Position numbers and translations under genes: made by a program. 64,000 nt of DNA from a virus. The notes under the pieces are model-generated. The model was not told the DNA's origin. It saw only the letters and a list, made by a program, of their open reading frames with translations, and did not search any database. Where the stretch lies: IMG/VR virus record IMGVR_UViG_3300028392_000034, positions 32,001-96,000 of that record. One strand, 5' to 3'. This document shows, one piece after another, positions 29,911 through 39,780 of the stretch. Numbering within the stretch: position 1 is the first letter of the stretch; each line of letters begins with the position of its first letter.

Positions 29911-30219
29911 ATGTCACATATTGGAACAATAACAAAAACACAAGTTAATGTAGGACTCACAGAACCACCTATGTTTAAACTTATCTATCTCAATGATAAT
30001 GCCACGCCAATGGAATTTGTAATTGAAACACTAATTGACTCATTTAATTACAATACAGAAACTGCTGAAAAGATCACTATAGATATCCACGAAGCCGGAT
30101 CAGCTGTGGTTGCAGTATTACCATATGAAATAGCCGAACAAAAAGGTATTGAAGTAACAGTTCAGGCTCGTAACAATAACTATCCGTTACAAATTAAATT
30201 AGAGCCCGAGACAGTTTAA
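29911..30219 (+). CDS. clpS: Clp protease adaptor ClpS
   Basis: FKLIYLNDNATPMEFV...IHEAGSAVV...YEIAEQK...YPL. Confidence 0.9.
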   Translation: MSHIGTITKTQVNVGLTEPPMFKLIYLNDNATPMEFVIETLIDSFNYNTETAEKITIDIHEAGSAVVAVLPYEIAEQKGIEVTVQARNNNYPLQIKLEPETV

Positions 30220-31007
30220 ACGTCAATTTCTATGCGTCGGGGATAGAACACAGATCGACTCCATTGGGTATTGCCTCGCCCTTTGGGATTGCTTAGATAT
30301 TGTATTCCACCTAGTTGTTGATCTACGGGTTGATGATAGTGCCCAAAACACCATGTTTTAATTTTATTTTCAGTGTCCCCGTTGATGGCCCTGGCAATGT
30401 GTGTGTTGCCCATACCATTAAATCTCCAAGTATCTATTAGATCTAAATCATGCGCGATTATCCACGGTGCTGGAACAGTATGGCTAGCTAACACTATTGC
30501 TTTTACCTCACTGTGTTTTTGTAGTTTCTCTACACTCTTGATCAAGTAGGCTGCGTCATGGTATGCTATACCGATTATACTAGTAGCAGCCGAATTACTA
30601 ATATGAAAATGCTCTTGAACGTGCATTACGCTTTGATCCACGTCCATTACAGGATCAAAATCATAGGTCCACCATCCATTAGTTCCTAATATAGCCACAC
30701 CGTTGACAATGACCACATTGTCTTGAAGATACACTACATTTTTAATTTGACTAACCCGTTGATATAAGTCACGGTAGCTTTCGCTTAGATCTTCGTAGTG
30801 GTTTTTGTGTTCTTCGTTGCCGTCGATATAAAATACTCCACCTGGATAACATTTTCCAAGATGTGTCAGCGTGTTGATCAAAACGTCTCTGTCTTGGGCA
30901 ACATCGCCTGCTACTACGCAGTAAGGCGCGGTGGCTTGACCGGTCCAATCAAAGTCGGGCCAAGTTTCTACGTGTAAATCGGAGATCAAATCAAATGCAA
31001 ATTTCAT
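30216..31007 (-). CDS. Calcineurin-like metallophosphoesterase
   Basis: SDLH, AGD, GNEEH, HTVP, FGHYH, NPKG. Confidence 0.8.
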   Translation of the reverse strand: MKFAFDLISDLHVETWPDFDWTGQATAPYCVVAGDVAQDRDVLINTLTHLGKCYPGGVFYIDGNEEHKNHYEDLSESYRDLYQRVSQIKNVVYLQDNVVIVNGVAILGTNGWWTYDFDPVMDVDQSVMHVQEHFHISNSAATSIIGIAYHDAAYLIKSVEKLQKHSEVKAIVLASHTVPAPWIIAHDLDLIDTWRFNGMGNTHIARAINGDTENKIKTWCFGHYHQPVDQQLGGIQYLSNPKGRGNTQWSRSVFYPRRIEIDV

Positions 31008-31053
31008 AACGTATTTAATTCGATAAATACCCATATAATAATAAGGAGCTGAT

Positions 31054-31608
31054 ATGTCAACTATTCAAGATCCAAAACCACTATCACGGTCTGAACGTGA
31101 AGCACAAATCAAAGACAAAGCCGGTTGGGTTATTGTTGTTTTAGCTGCACTGTTGGCCATTAACACATACCTGGGTAATGGCAACAGCGGAAAAGTATTA
31201 AACAATACCATTGATGCCAACAACACCTGGGCGTTTTATCAGGCAAAATCGATCAAAGTTACCCTGGCAGAAATGGCTCTAGATGATGCTGTGGTTCGTA
31301 AAGATGTAGCCAAGGTAGCTGTGCTCAGTAAAAAAATTGCCAGATATGAATCAGACCCTGCAACAGGCGAAGGTAAGAAAGAATTAATGGCCAAAGCCCG
31401 GTCTCTAGAAGCAGATCGTGCAGTGGCCAAACAACGTAGTCCTTGGTATACGTTTGCTGGATCACTGTTTCAAATTGCTATTGTGCTATTATCAGCTAGT
31501 ATATTAGCAGTCAACACGAGATTGTATACTGCCAGCTTGTATGTAGGCAGCGGCGCGATGATCTTGATGAGTCAAGCAATTTGGCTCTGGATTCCTACTA
31601 TACTTTAA
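31054..31608 (+). CDS. DUF4337-like membrane protein
   Basis: LAALLAI, WAFYQAKSIK, FQIAIVLLS; AAGGAG RBS. Confidence 0.65.
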   Translation: MSTIQDPKPLSRSEREAQIKDKAGWVIVVLAALLAINTYLGNGNSGKVLNNTIDANNTWAFYQAKSIKVTLAEMALDDAVVRKDVAKVAVLSKKIARYESDPATGEGKKELMAKARSLEADRAVAKQRSPWYTFAGSLFQIAIVLLSASILAVNTRLYTASLYVGSGAMILMSQAIWLWIPTIL

Positions 31609-31674
31609 ACCCAGCTTAATGTAACCTAAGAATCCTGTAAATACTTCAAGCTCTGACCAACAAGAGCATGGAGT

Positions 31675-31932
31675 ATGATGAAAAAATATAGGGCTATCCA
31701 CAGTGCTGTAATCTTGGTATTATTGTCGATACTATGCGGTTCTACGATGGTGTCAAGTTCGCCCATGTACGGTGGCGATCGTCCCAGTGTAGCACAAGAA
31801 CTACCTGCCAGAGAACGAGAAGTCAGACTCAATCACGGAGTTGCTGAATGTGTTAGGACCGCTTGGATCGGTGACGTCAACAATAGAAAACTGATCTGTG
31901 TTGAGTATCGCTATCGGAAAGAGGTTAAGTAA
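31675..31932 (+). CDS. Hypothetical secreted or membrane protein
   Basis: Hydrophobic N-terminus. Confidence 0.45.
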   Translation: MMKKYRAIHSAVILVLLSILCGSTMVSSSPMYGGDRPSVAQELPAREREVRLNHGVAECVRTAWIGDVNNRKLICVEYRYRKEVK

Positions 31933-32708
31933 TGGATCCATTAACCCTCTTTGCTCTGGCCAATGGCGCTGTGTCTGCAGTCAAGGCCGGATGTAAACTC
32001 TACAAAGATATCAAAGGTGCTGCCGGTGAGGTCAAGGACGTTCTCAAGGATCTTGACGAACAGTTTGCTAAACTACACCCTCCAGAAAAACCCGCAACTG
32101 TAGCACAGAAAAATGCCTACATACAAGAAAAAAATCGCGTCATTGAATTAAACAAACGCGATGGCGAGACCACTGGAATTTACACTGAAATTGGTGAACA
32201 TCTTGGTGCATACTATGACAACTATCACAAATGCATAGCCATCTTTGAAGAAGAAGAGCGGCGCAGTAAAAATGAAATATACACAGGTGATGCTAGCCTG
32301 GGCAAACGTGCCTTGCAACGTGTGCTGATGAAAAAGCAACTGGAACAGATGGAGGTTGAGTTGCGTGAAATTATGGTTTACCAAAGCCCACCGGAGCTGG
32401 GTGCATTGCACACCGAAGTGGAAGAAATGATGGGAGTCATGGGCCGGCAACAAAAAAGTCTCATCGTACAGCAGATGAAACAACATGAAATTGCAGAAAG
32501 AAAAAGAAAACAAAAATCACACCAATTGTATATGAATATATTAATTGGTATTGGTGCATTGGTAGTTTGTTGTGGTGTTGGGTTAACATTGTCGTATGTT
32601 GTAGAAGATAGAATTAAAAAGTATCCACAATACGGCACAGATTGGATACCAAAAAATCAGTCACAACGACAACGAGAAGCACAAAAACAAATCTATGTAG
32701 GAAGATAG
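31932..32708 (+). CDS. Hypothetical coiled-coil protein with a C-terminal TM helix
   Basis: MDPLTLFALANGAV N-terminus; GAGG RBS. Confidence 0.6.
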   Translation: MDPLTLFALANGAVSAVKAGCKLYKDIKGAAGEVKDVLKDLDEQFAKLHPPEKPATVAQKNAYIQEKNRVIELNKRDGETTGIYTEIGEHLGAYYDNYHKCIAIFEEEERRSKNEIYTGDASLGKRALQRVLMKKQLEQMEVELREIMVYQSPPELGALHTEVEEMMGVMGRQQKSLIVQQMKQHEIAERKRKQKSHQLYMNILIGIGALVVCCGVGLTLSYVVEDRIKKYPQYGTDWIPKNQSQRQREAQKQIYVGR

Positions 32709-32722
32709 AGAGTCATAATAAT

Positions 32723-34015
32723 TTATTGTGTTTTAGTTTTTAATAAATCTAAAATATGATCTAAATCTGCTCTAGTTGGCAAACATGTTTCTTGGTTGGC
32801 TGAAACAAAATCAATTATTTCAGGAGTAGATGCCAACTTGTTCCAATAATCACTTTTGTAATTTTTTGGATCATCCAGCTGATCAAATGCTGAAGTTAAA
32901 TTTGTTTTTAATTCATTAATCACTTGATTAAAAAAATCTTGGCTAAAAAATCTCTGACGATTATATTCGGCAATGGCCTGTGCTTCTGCCATATTTCGTT
33001 CACGCTGATGTGGCAACCAAGTTGAAATATATTTCATAAGCTCGGCAATCTGTATCAAACGTTCGGCAGGATCTTCTATTTGATCATAGCTTTCGTCCCA
33101 TACATCGCTAAATGTTTGAAATCCATAACTTTTTAAATATTCTAAACTACCGTATGTGCCGGCCAATATAAACGGTTGTCCAACCGCAACGGGTCGCAAA
33201 CTTTTTTCAGTCAGGTGTAACCGATCGTCATCAAATAAGGTTTCAAGAACTACTTCAATATCTGTTGAATTATAATCATTTGTGTCAAAGTCTGCGCTGT
33301 AACTGCTGTGAGCGTTGCTAATTGGAAAGAAATTTTCCAACACAGTATGTGGGCGCCACGTTGGATTTTTAAACTGGTGCGAGTCGTAGTGTATACCCAG
33401 TTCGGGTTCAATGGGATTGATGCTGGTTTTACAGTGCTCTTGTAGATTTAGAGATATCAATAGTTCAGCAAATCGTAAACGATATTCTCTAGTATTGCTC
33501 CAGGCACGATTGTAAATCAAAAATGTTTTGTCAGATTTTTTTGTCTGAGCGACATGTTCGGCATATCTAAACCAGTCTCGAGCTATTACCGCATGACTCC
33601 AGTAGTATACCGGTATCAATTCATTGCTGGCTTCATACTTTTTGAGATTGCTGGACCGCTGTTCACTGTGCAATAATATATTTTTTTCAAAAATGCTTTG
33701 TCGTCGATAATTCAAATTTGTAGTCGGGATATAGAAACCAGTAGACCTCATCAATGACGCAAATACGTTGTTTTTTTGATTGGGAAGATTTTTACTGTAA
33801 AAATCGTAATCCAGTGGTTCTTGATCATTACACCATATAGCAGGATAAGTGGTTTTGCATAGCCATTCTGTCAGTCCATAGTCTGTCAGGTTATTTAAAT
33901 CATTAATATTTTTTGAACCGTGCGGATAAAATCGATAAATTATTATGCGATCATTGTAAATCTCTTGGGCAACATTTTCAATATAATGATATAGCCGGTC
34001 TAACGGAATGCTCAT
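32723..34015 (-). CDS. Hypothetical protein, possibly a GT-B glycosyltransferase
   Basis: VLET...HLTEKSLRP...QPF...GFQTF...DESYD resembles the TEK motif of GT10-type transferases. Start chosen 7 nt after a TAAATA box. Confidence 0.45.
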   Translation of the reverse strand: MSIPLDRLYHYIENVAQEIYNDRIIIYRFYPHGSKNINDLNNLTDYGLTEWLCKTTYPAIWCNDQEPLDYDFYSKNLPNQKNNVFASLMRSTGFYIPTTNLNYRRQSIFEKNILLHSEQRSSNLKKYEASNELIPVYYWSHAVIARDWFRYAEHVAQTKKSDKTFLIYNRAWSNTREYRLRFAELLISLNLQEHCKTSINPIEPELGIHYDSHQFKNPTWRPHTVLENFFPISNAHSSYSADFDTNDYNSTDIEVVLETLFDDDRLHLTEKSLRPVAVGQPFILAGTYGSLEYLKSYGFQTFSDVWDESYDQIEDPAERLIQIAELMKYISTWLPHQRERNMAEAQAIAEYNRQRFFSQDFFNQVINELKTNLTSAFDQLDDPKNYKSDYWNKLASTPEIIDFVSANQETCLPTRADLDHILDLLKTKTQ

Positions 34016-34058
34016 AGGCATATATTTACACAGGAAACAGCACATTACAATTAAAATT

Positions 34059-34580
34059 ATGACACAGACTCTACACAAGTATCAATTATATCCATTTTGG
34101 GACAATGAATACACAGCATTAACGTATATTCAAGAAGCGTTCAATGATCACGATCTTGTTGCCAAGTGGCGTCAACAAGGATACATGCCCAAGTTTACCG
34201 GAGACATGTGTGATATGCGTAGCCCACAACCTGGCTGGAATCAAAGATTTGTAGAGATGTTTGAAGGACAAGGATGGAGGGATGTTGGAACCAGTTACTA
34301 TAGAATGACGACCGGCACCATATTACCAACACACAGCGATCTGTATTTAAAATATATCGATCTGTTCAACCTTAAAGGTCGCGAACACACCATACGTCGT
34401 GCCATAGTATTTTTAGAAGATTGGCAACCTGGTCACTACGCTGAATATCAAGATCAGGCCTATGTAAATTGGAAAGCCGGAAGTGTAGTTGAATGGAAGT
34501 ATGATACACCACACATGGCAGCCAACTTAGGATTAACGCCACGATACACACTACAAATTACAGGACATGTTGATGATTGA
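34059..34580 (+). CDS. Putative 2OG-Fe(II)/cupin oxygenase (Asp/Asn hydroxylase-like)
   Basis: LPTHSD...PHMAAN.G...RYTLQITG (HxD...H...R). Confidence 0.6.
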   Translation: MTQTLHKYQLYPFWDNEYTALTYIQEAFNDHDLVAKWRQQGYMPKFTGDMCDMRSPQPGWNQRFVEMFEGQGWRDVGTSYYRMTTGTILPTHSDLYLKYIDLFNLKGREHTIRRAIVFLEDWQPGHYAEYQDQAYVNWKAGSVVEWKYDTPHMAANLGLTPRYTLQITGHVDD

Positions 34581-35496
34581 TAGTCGCAATGAATGGGATC
34601 CGATAGAAGCCATTATAGTAGGTACAGCCACTGGGGCCAATTGGCCCATGACTGATCCGGTGTTTGCTGAGGAAGCTCGTAACAGTTTATGGACTGAATC
34701 TCCTGCCCCTAGCGGAGCAGTACCCCAATTCATCATAGACGAAGCCAATAGAGAACTTGACACATTATCAGAGACCCTGGCCCGTAACGGTGCCACGGTA
34801 TATAGACCCCGACCCATGGATTTTGTTGCGATGAACGGAATGTATAACTATTGTCCCAGGGACCGTTTATTGGTGGCCGGTGACACTGTGGTTGACTGCA
34901 ACATGATGTATCCATGCCGCAATCAAGAAATAGCCAACTATCCACGCTTGTTAGGTGATGCCCGACAGGTATTGACCATGCCAAGAGATTCGGGCATGAC
35001 GCTAGATGCAGCCAACATTTGTCGACTAGGCGATACTTGGCTGTTCTTGGAATCAGCTTCGGGTAATCGAGCCGCATACGAATGGTTGTGTGAACATTTT
35101 CCCAGCATCACGATCGAGTTGGTAAACTTTTATGCCGGAGTGCATATTGACAGCACAATTACACCGCTACGCGAAGGACTGGTTATGTTGAACGCCAGTC
35201 GTGTAACCTCGGACAACTGTCCCAAAGCATTTCAAGATTGGGAAAAAATTTGGGTAACTGAAGATCAAATTGTAGCCCAGGATTTTTATCAGTATCCATA
35301 CGCATCAAAATGGATTGCTATGAATATGTTGGCCGTGAATCCAGAAACAGTTATTATAGATGCGGCCCAAACTGAGCTAATTACTATACTAAAGAAACAC
35401 GGCATTGACAGTATTCCTTTAACCTTGAGTCATAGTAGAACACTAGGTGGTGGATTCCATTGTGTTACTTTAGATACACGGAGACATCATGCTTGA
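34567..35496 (+). CDS. Amidinotransferase (glycine / inosamine-phosphate amidinotransferase family)
   Basis: NEWDP, YCPRD, LDAAN, HIDST, MNML, GGGFHCVT. Confidence 0.85.
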   Translation: MLMIDSRNEWDPIEAIIVGTATGANWPMTDPVFAEEARNSLWTESPAPSGAVPQFIIDEANRELDTLSETLARNGATVYRPRPMDFVAMNGMYNYCPRDRLLVAGDTVVDCNMMYPCRNQEIANYPRLLGDARQVLTMPRDSGMTLDAANICRLGDTWLFLESASGNRAAYEWLCEHFPSITIELVNFYAGVHIDSTITPLREGLVMLNASRVTSDNCPKAFQDWEKIWVTEDQIVAQDFYQYPYASKWIAMNMLAVNPETVIIDAAQTELITILKKHGIDSIPLTLSHSRTLGGGFHCVTLDTRRHHA

Positions 35497-36769
35497 TACA
35501 GCGGCCATTGAGCAACTAGTACGACAACAGATTACAGAACAAGTAAGTGAACAAATTTCAGTTACATTAGGGTCAGATGCCTGGCTGGCTAGTTTTGAAC
35601 AACAAATAATTGAATATGTGCAGGCCCGTGTTATGGCAAAATTTGCCAACGCTGAATACCTGCCCGAAATAACCGATACAGTTAAATCAAGTGTCAGTGA
35701 ATTATTTAAACGCGGTGCGGTTCCTGGCATTGACCAATATGTAGATACTGTAACTATCCGTAGAACTATTGATACGGCTGTAGAACAATTGGTTGACAGT
35801 TCTATTGAGGTATTGGGCAAGGATCCTGTATGGCTAGCCAAAATTGAACAGCAAATTAATCAAGCAGTGGTAGATCGTGTAATTCGACAGTTTGGTCAAA
35901 TCGATCTCAACCCAATTATCAAAGAACGAGTTGATGAACACATGACTCAGTTCCAGCAAGATATTTTAAACAATTTTGCCAGCACAGGAATCAGTGATCA
36001 AGCCGGTACCTGTCAGTTGATCATAAATGATGATTCTGTTGTAGTTGGAAATCAATTGACCACACGTGATTTAACTGTGTCTAATGCGGCAGTGATACAA
36101 GATCTTGTGGTCAAAGGATCTGTCAACATTGACAATCCAAGCTGGGAGTTATTGGCCACAGGTATTAGTGAAAAAACAATCAATCGACTTTCTGATGAAT
36201 GGAAAACAGTATTAACAGCTCAAGTGGCAGAACAAATACGATCCAATGGTGTTGATTTTGATTCTGTAAAAATCAACGGAGAAACATTGGTCAGTGGTAA
36301 TACCTTGGCAAAAAGTATTACTGATACCAATATACGATCTGTGGGTGTATTAAAGACTTTGACTGTTGACGGAGAGTCTATATTTAATAATCAGACTCTG
36401 GCAGTATTAAACAAACGCATAGGTGTAAACACTATAAGTCCAGAAATGGCTCTAAGTGTGTGGGACGAAGAAGTCAGCATAGTAATTGGAAAAAACAAAG
36501 CCAACGAAGCCTACATTGGAACCAATAGAGCTCAAGGTGTTGCCATTGGTGTTAATCGACAACCGCAAATTGAGATCTCAGCAGATGGCCTAACACGAAT
36601 ACGACAATTACAGGTTGGGCTACATCGTGTCAGTCACGCCACACAGGTTCCTGGATGGTCAGGTACCAAAGGTGATATAGTATTCAATTCAGATCCTAAC
36701 GATACTCCTGTGTTTGCTTGGGTTTGTATAGGCGGCCATCGTTGGAAAACTCTTAAAAGCGCCGAATGA
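35489..36769 (+). CDS. Hypothetical protein (helical N-terminus, tail-fibre-like C-terminus)
   Basis: RIGVNT...P, GDIVFNS...WVC motifs seen in virion fibres. Confidence 0.5.
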   Translation: MLDTAAIEQLVRQQITEQVSEQISVTLGSDAWLASFEQQIIEYVQARVMAKFANAEYLPEITDTVKSSVSELFKRGAVPGIDQYVDTVTIRRTIDTAVEQLVDSSIEVLGKDPVWLAKIEQQINQAVVDRVIRQFGQIDLNPIIKERVDEHMTQFQQDILNNFASTGISDQAGTCQLIINDDSVVVGNQLTTRDLTVSNAAVIQDLVVKGSVNIDNPSWELLATGISEKTINRLSDEWKTVLTAQVAEQIRSNGVDFDSVKINGETLVSGNTLAKSITDTNIRSVGVLKTLTVDGESIFNNQTLAVLNKRIGVNTISPEMALSVWDEEVSIVIGKNKANEAYIGTNRAQGVAIGVNRQPQIEISADGLTRIRQLQVGLHRVSHATQVPGWSGTKGDIVFNSDPNDTPVFAWVCIGGHRWKTLKSAE

Positions 36770-37323
36770 ACATCAGTTGGGTAATAGCTGACAGTGCAGA
36801 GTTGGATCCTACTCAGAATATTGATGCACTTAAAAAATTAGGACCAATTTGGGGATCGTGGCGAACCTGGCGTGCCTATCAAACAGACAATGTTGTATGC
36901 CATAATCAAAACAAAGCAGAAGAGTTGGTCAAACGCAAGTTTCATGAACGTTGCAATTTTTATATTCCTGATTCGGTAAATGTATCATTAGGAAGACCCG
37001 CTGGAGTTCGGTTATACGCTGGGGATTTTGTTCACGATGTCATTAGGCAAGAAGAACTTGTGGCACTACATCTAGCCGCAACCACCAGTGATATTGTATT
37101 GTTACTAGGATGGGATCTTGCCAAACTAAAACCAAATTCTGATCGACTGGAATCAAATCAAGCACAGCATCACCGTAACCTATTTCACCAAGCGGTAAAA
37201 GATTATGGACAAACACAATGGGTAGCGGTGGATCATCTGGAGCCATTGGCTCCGTCATTGCAGGTTTTGGAAAATTTAGTCCTCGACACAATGGATGCGG
37301 TTTTGGCCCTAGCTCCTGATTGA
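36766..37323 (+). CDS. Hypothetical protein, weakly like Rossmann-type sugar-transferase domains
   Basis: ALHLAA...IVLLLGWD pattern. Confidence 0.4.
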   Translation: MNISWVIADSAELDPTQNIDALKKLGPIWGSWRTWRAYQTDNVVCHNQNKAEELVKRKFHERCNFYIPDSVNVSLGRPAGVRLYAGDFVHDVIRQEELVALHLAATTSDIVLLLGWDLAKLKPNSDRLESNQAQHHRNLFHQAVKDYGQTQWVAVDHLEPLAPSLQVLENLVLDTMDAVLALAPD

Positions 37324-37348
37324 CAACTAAGTTGTGATGCTGTATAAT
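37320..37348 (+). promoter_or_regulatory. Consensus sigma70 promoter of uvsE, probably giving a leaderless mRNA
   Basis: TTGACA-N17-TATAAT; ATG at 37355. Confidence 0.75.
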
Positions 37349-37354
37349 AGCAGT

Positions 37355-38416
37355 ATGACTACACTAAAGCGTATTGGTTTCTGTTGCAAATGGCTCAATG
37401 ATCCGTCCGAATGTGGCGGCATGAAAGTCAATGCAGTGGATCGGGACCTTAACGGGCGTTCAACTACCATGCGTTGGTTGCGTGAGCACCCACTTGAAGC
37501 CGAACAGCGCCAGTGGGACATTATGAATCACAATACTGCAGCCGCTGTACGGTTGATTGAACGTGTGGCCACACTGCCTGCTGAACGCAGAATGGTACGC
37601 TTGGGCAGTGAAATGCTACAAGGCTACACTGAAAAAGATTGGATCACTTGGTGGCAACGCAAGGAAATACAAGACCACTGTGCAAAGATATTTGCACCCA
37701 TTGGTGAAACTGCCCGCAGACTTGACGTTAGACTCAGCTTTCACCCTGGACAGTTTTGTGTATTGGCCAGTGAGAACGAAGGCATCGTAAATAGAAGTAT
37801 ACAGGAGTTTGAATATCATGCAGATATGGTCAGATGGATGGGATATGGTCGGTCGTTTCAAGACTTTAAAATCAATGTTCACATCTCAGGTAAAAGAGGT
37901 CCAGCCGGTATCAAAGACGCACTTAAACGACTCTCGCCTGAAGCAAGAAACTGCATCACAATCGAAAACGACGAAAACGCCTGGGGCATCGATTCAAGTC
38001 TCGAACTCGCAAACGATTGTGCCCTTGTGCTTGATATACACCATCACTGGATCCGTACAGGAGAATACATTCAAGCCACCGATAGTAGACTTGCTCGCAT
38101 AATTGATTCGTGGCGCGGAGTAAGACCAGCCCTGCACTATTCAGTAAGTAGAGAAGATGTGCTGGTAGATCATCCGGCGGATACTGTGCCTGATCATGCA
38201 CTACTATTAGAATCAGGCTACAAAAAACAAAAAATGCGAGCACACTCGGACTTTTATTGGAATCAACCAGTGACAGACTGGGCCTTGAGCTTTTGGGATC
38301 AGTTTGATATACAGTGCGAAAGCAAAGGCAAGAACTTGGCCAGTGCTCAGGTTTACAACAGGGCAGTAGAACTGGGACTAGCGGATGATACAGTTAAAAC
38401 TTTGGCCACCGCCTGA
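37355..38416 (+). CDS. uvsE: UV damage endonuclease UvsE/UvdE
   Basis: RIGFCC, RLSFHPGQF, NVH, IENDE, LDIHHH, HYS, AHSD, ESKGK. Confidence 0.9.
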   Translation: MTTLKRIGFCCKWLNDPSECGGMKVNAVDRDLNGRSTTMRWLREHPLEAEQRQWDIMNHNTAAAVRLIERVATLPAERRMVRLGSEMLQGYTEKDWITWWQRKEIQDHCAKIFAPIGETARRLDVRLSFHPGQFCVLASENEGIVNRSIQEFEYHADMVRWMGYGRSFQDFKINVHISGKRGPAGIKDALKRLSPEARNCITIENDENAWGIDSSLELANDCALVLDIHHHWIRTGEYIQATDSRLARIIDSWRGVRPALHYSVSREDVLVDHPADTVPDHALLLESGYKKQKMRAHSDFYWNQPVTDWALSFWDQFDIQCESKGKNLASAQVYNRAVELGLADDTVKTLATA

Positions 38417-38618
38417 TTGGCACGAGTGTGTAGTCAGTTGGGATTGGTTATTGGAAGATAATAGTCCACATATAAATGAAATATACAGTTGGTGCGATCA
38501 ACACGGTAGTCCCAGCAGATATCATGTGCATGGGTGGAAGTCAACTAAAGGATTTGCATTTCAATTTGAAGATCCCAAGGACGCTGTTTTGTTTAGTTTA
38601 ACATGGACACATCGGTAG
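38385..38618 (+). CDS. Small hypothetical protein (F-x-F-x-D-x-x-D-A-x-x-F-x-L-x-W family)
   Basis: FAFQFEDPKDAVLFSLTW. Confidence 0.55.
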   Translation: MIQLKLWPPPDWHECVVSWDWLLEDNSPHINEIYSWCDQHGSPSRYHVHGWKSTKGFAFQFEDPKDAVLFSLTWTHR

Positions 38619-38779
38619 AATACTACGGTGTTGAGTTGCACCGAGTCTCTACTCGGGTATTGGCATGGATAGTTGACACTTATGGCCCGCTGGGTGCAAG
38701 ACGTTGGTTTGTAAAAAATAAAACAATATATTTTTACAACAAAGCCGACTATGAAATGTTTCTATGGAGATGGATGTAA
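38603..38779 (+). CDS. Small hypothetical protein of the same family (58 aa, not in the ORF track)
   Basis: ...IYFYNKADYEMFLWRWM; TAATG coupling to the next gene. Confidence 0.55.
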   Translation: MDTSVEYYGVELHRVSTRVLAWIVDTYGPLGARRWFVKNKTIYFYNKADYEMFLWRWM

Positions 38780-39078
38780 TGAATTTTATTTTTGTTGCTG
38801 CCGCTAATGTTTGGAAGTATATCAAAACGGATTGGCATTCAAATCCAATTAGATTTTGTGCCGAAGCATTTGCCTGGGCCTGCAGTGTAATATCTGCTGT
38901 GATATTTGCGGTCACTATTCCTGATATTCCGGTAGTGCCACTTTACACTATCTTTATTTCCGGGTGTTGTGCCAGTTGCTGGGCTTGCTGGACTAGACGC
39001 AGCTTTGGCCTAATGGCCAACTCTGCATTTTTGGTTATTATCGACAGTATCGGTCTTGTACGATACTGGTTACATTAA
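38779..39078 (+). CDS. Small membrane protein with three TM segments
   Basis: Hydrophobic segments; TAATG start. Confidence 0.6.
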   Translation: MNFIFVAAANVWKYIKTDWHSNPIRFCAEAFAWACSVISAVIFAVTIPDIPVVPLYTIFISGCCASCWACWTRRSFGLMANSAFLVIIDSIGLVRYWLH

Positions 39079-39251
39079 GCCTTGGGAGTTCGTGGCTTAC
39101 GTGGCGCGGCTTTTTTAACAGCAGGCGTTTTGGCTACTTTTTTAACCGCTGGGGTAGTTTCTGCTACCGGAGCAGGTGTTTCGACCTTGTAAGGTGCTGG
39201 GCTTGCTTCAGTTGGTTTTGTACCAAAAATTTTCTTTAAAAACGATAGCAT
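39075..39251 (-). CDS. Small Lys/Ala/Pro-rich basic protein (58 aa, not in the ORF track)
   Basis: AAGGAGA RBS and CATAAATA box; MLSFLKKIFG...VKKAAPRKPRTPKA. Confidence 0.7.
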   Translation of the reverse strand: MLSFLKKIFGTKPTEASPAPYKVETPAPVAETTPAVKKVAKTPAVKKAAPRKPRTPKA

Positions 39252-39413
39252 AATAAATCTCCTTGTCGATTATTTATGGGCATATTATTCAATTACAAAT
39301 CTATTAGATTTCAATGAATTCTCTCAGTAGAAACACTGACTATTATTGCACCACAGCATAAATAAATTTGTAGAAGCCAAGAGCCTCTACTAAAATTTAA
39401 GGAAAAACACAAA

Positions 39414-39584
39414 ATGTCTTTAGAAAGAATATTAGAACGTCTAGCAGAAATGTTTCCTAAACAGGCTTATCAGAGCCGTTTAGAACAGTATATCAACAGC
39501 AAAAATCCAACCAATGCAGCAGAAGTGGACTATTGGCAACGGCAGTATGAAACCGAAGCACAACATTGGAGTCGCGGTGTATGA
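39414..39584 (+). CDS. Small protein, DUF3563-like (56 aa, not in the ORF track)
   Basis: AAGGA RBS; ...SRLEQYINSKNPTNAAEVDYWQRQY. Confidence 0.6.
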   Translation: MSLERILERLAEMFPKQAYQSRLEQYINSKNPTNAAEVDYWQRQYETEAQHWSRGV

Positions 39585-39688
39585 TGAAAATTATTTGGAA
39601 AATTTTAGAATCATGGGGTGAGGCTAGAGCAGCAGCATATCTAACCCGTAACGGCCGTATTGCAGAAGCCAAAGCAATATACAAATGA
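39581..39688 (+). CDS. Small hypothetical protein (35 aa)
   Basis: ATGA coupling; WKILESWGEARAAAYLTRNG. Confidence 0.45.
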   Translation: MMKIIWKILESWGEARAAAYLTRNGRIAEAKAIYK

Positions 39689-39780
39689 ACACAATTGAAG
39701 CATTTGGAGAGAAATACGGCAACAAGATTGCTGCCTGGACTATTGCGGCAATGATTATATATTTGGTTATTGCACAATAG
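39685..39780 (+). CDS. Small membrane peptide (31 aa)
   Basis: ATGA coupling; hydrophobic C-terminal half. Confidence 0.35.
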   Translation: MNTIEAFGEKYGNKIAAWTIAAMIIYLVIAQ

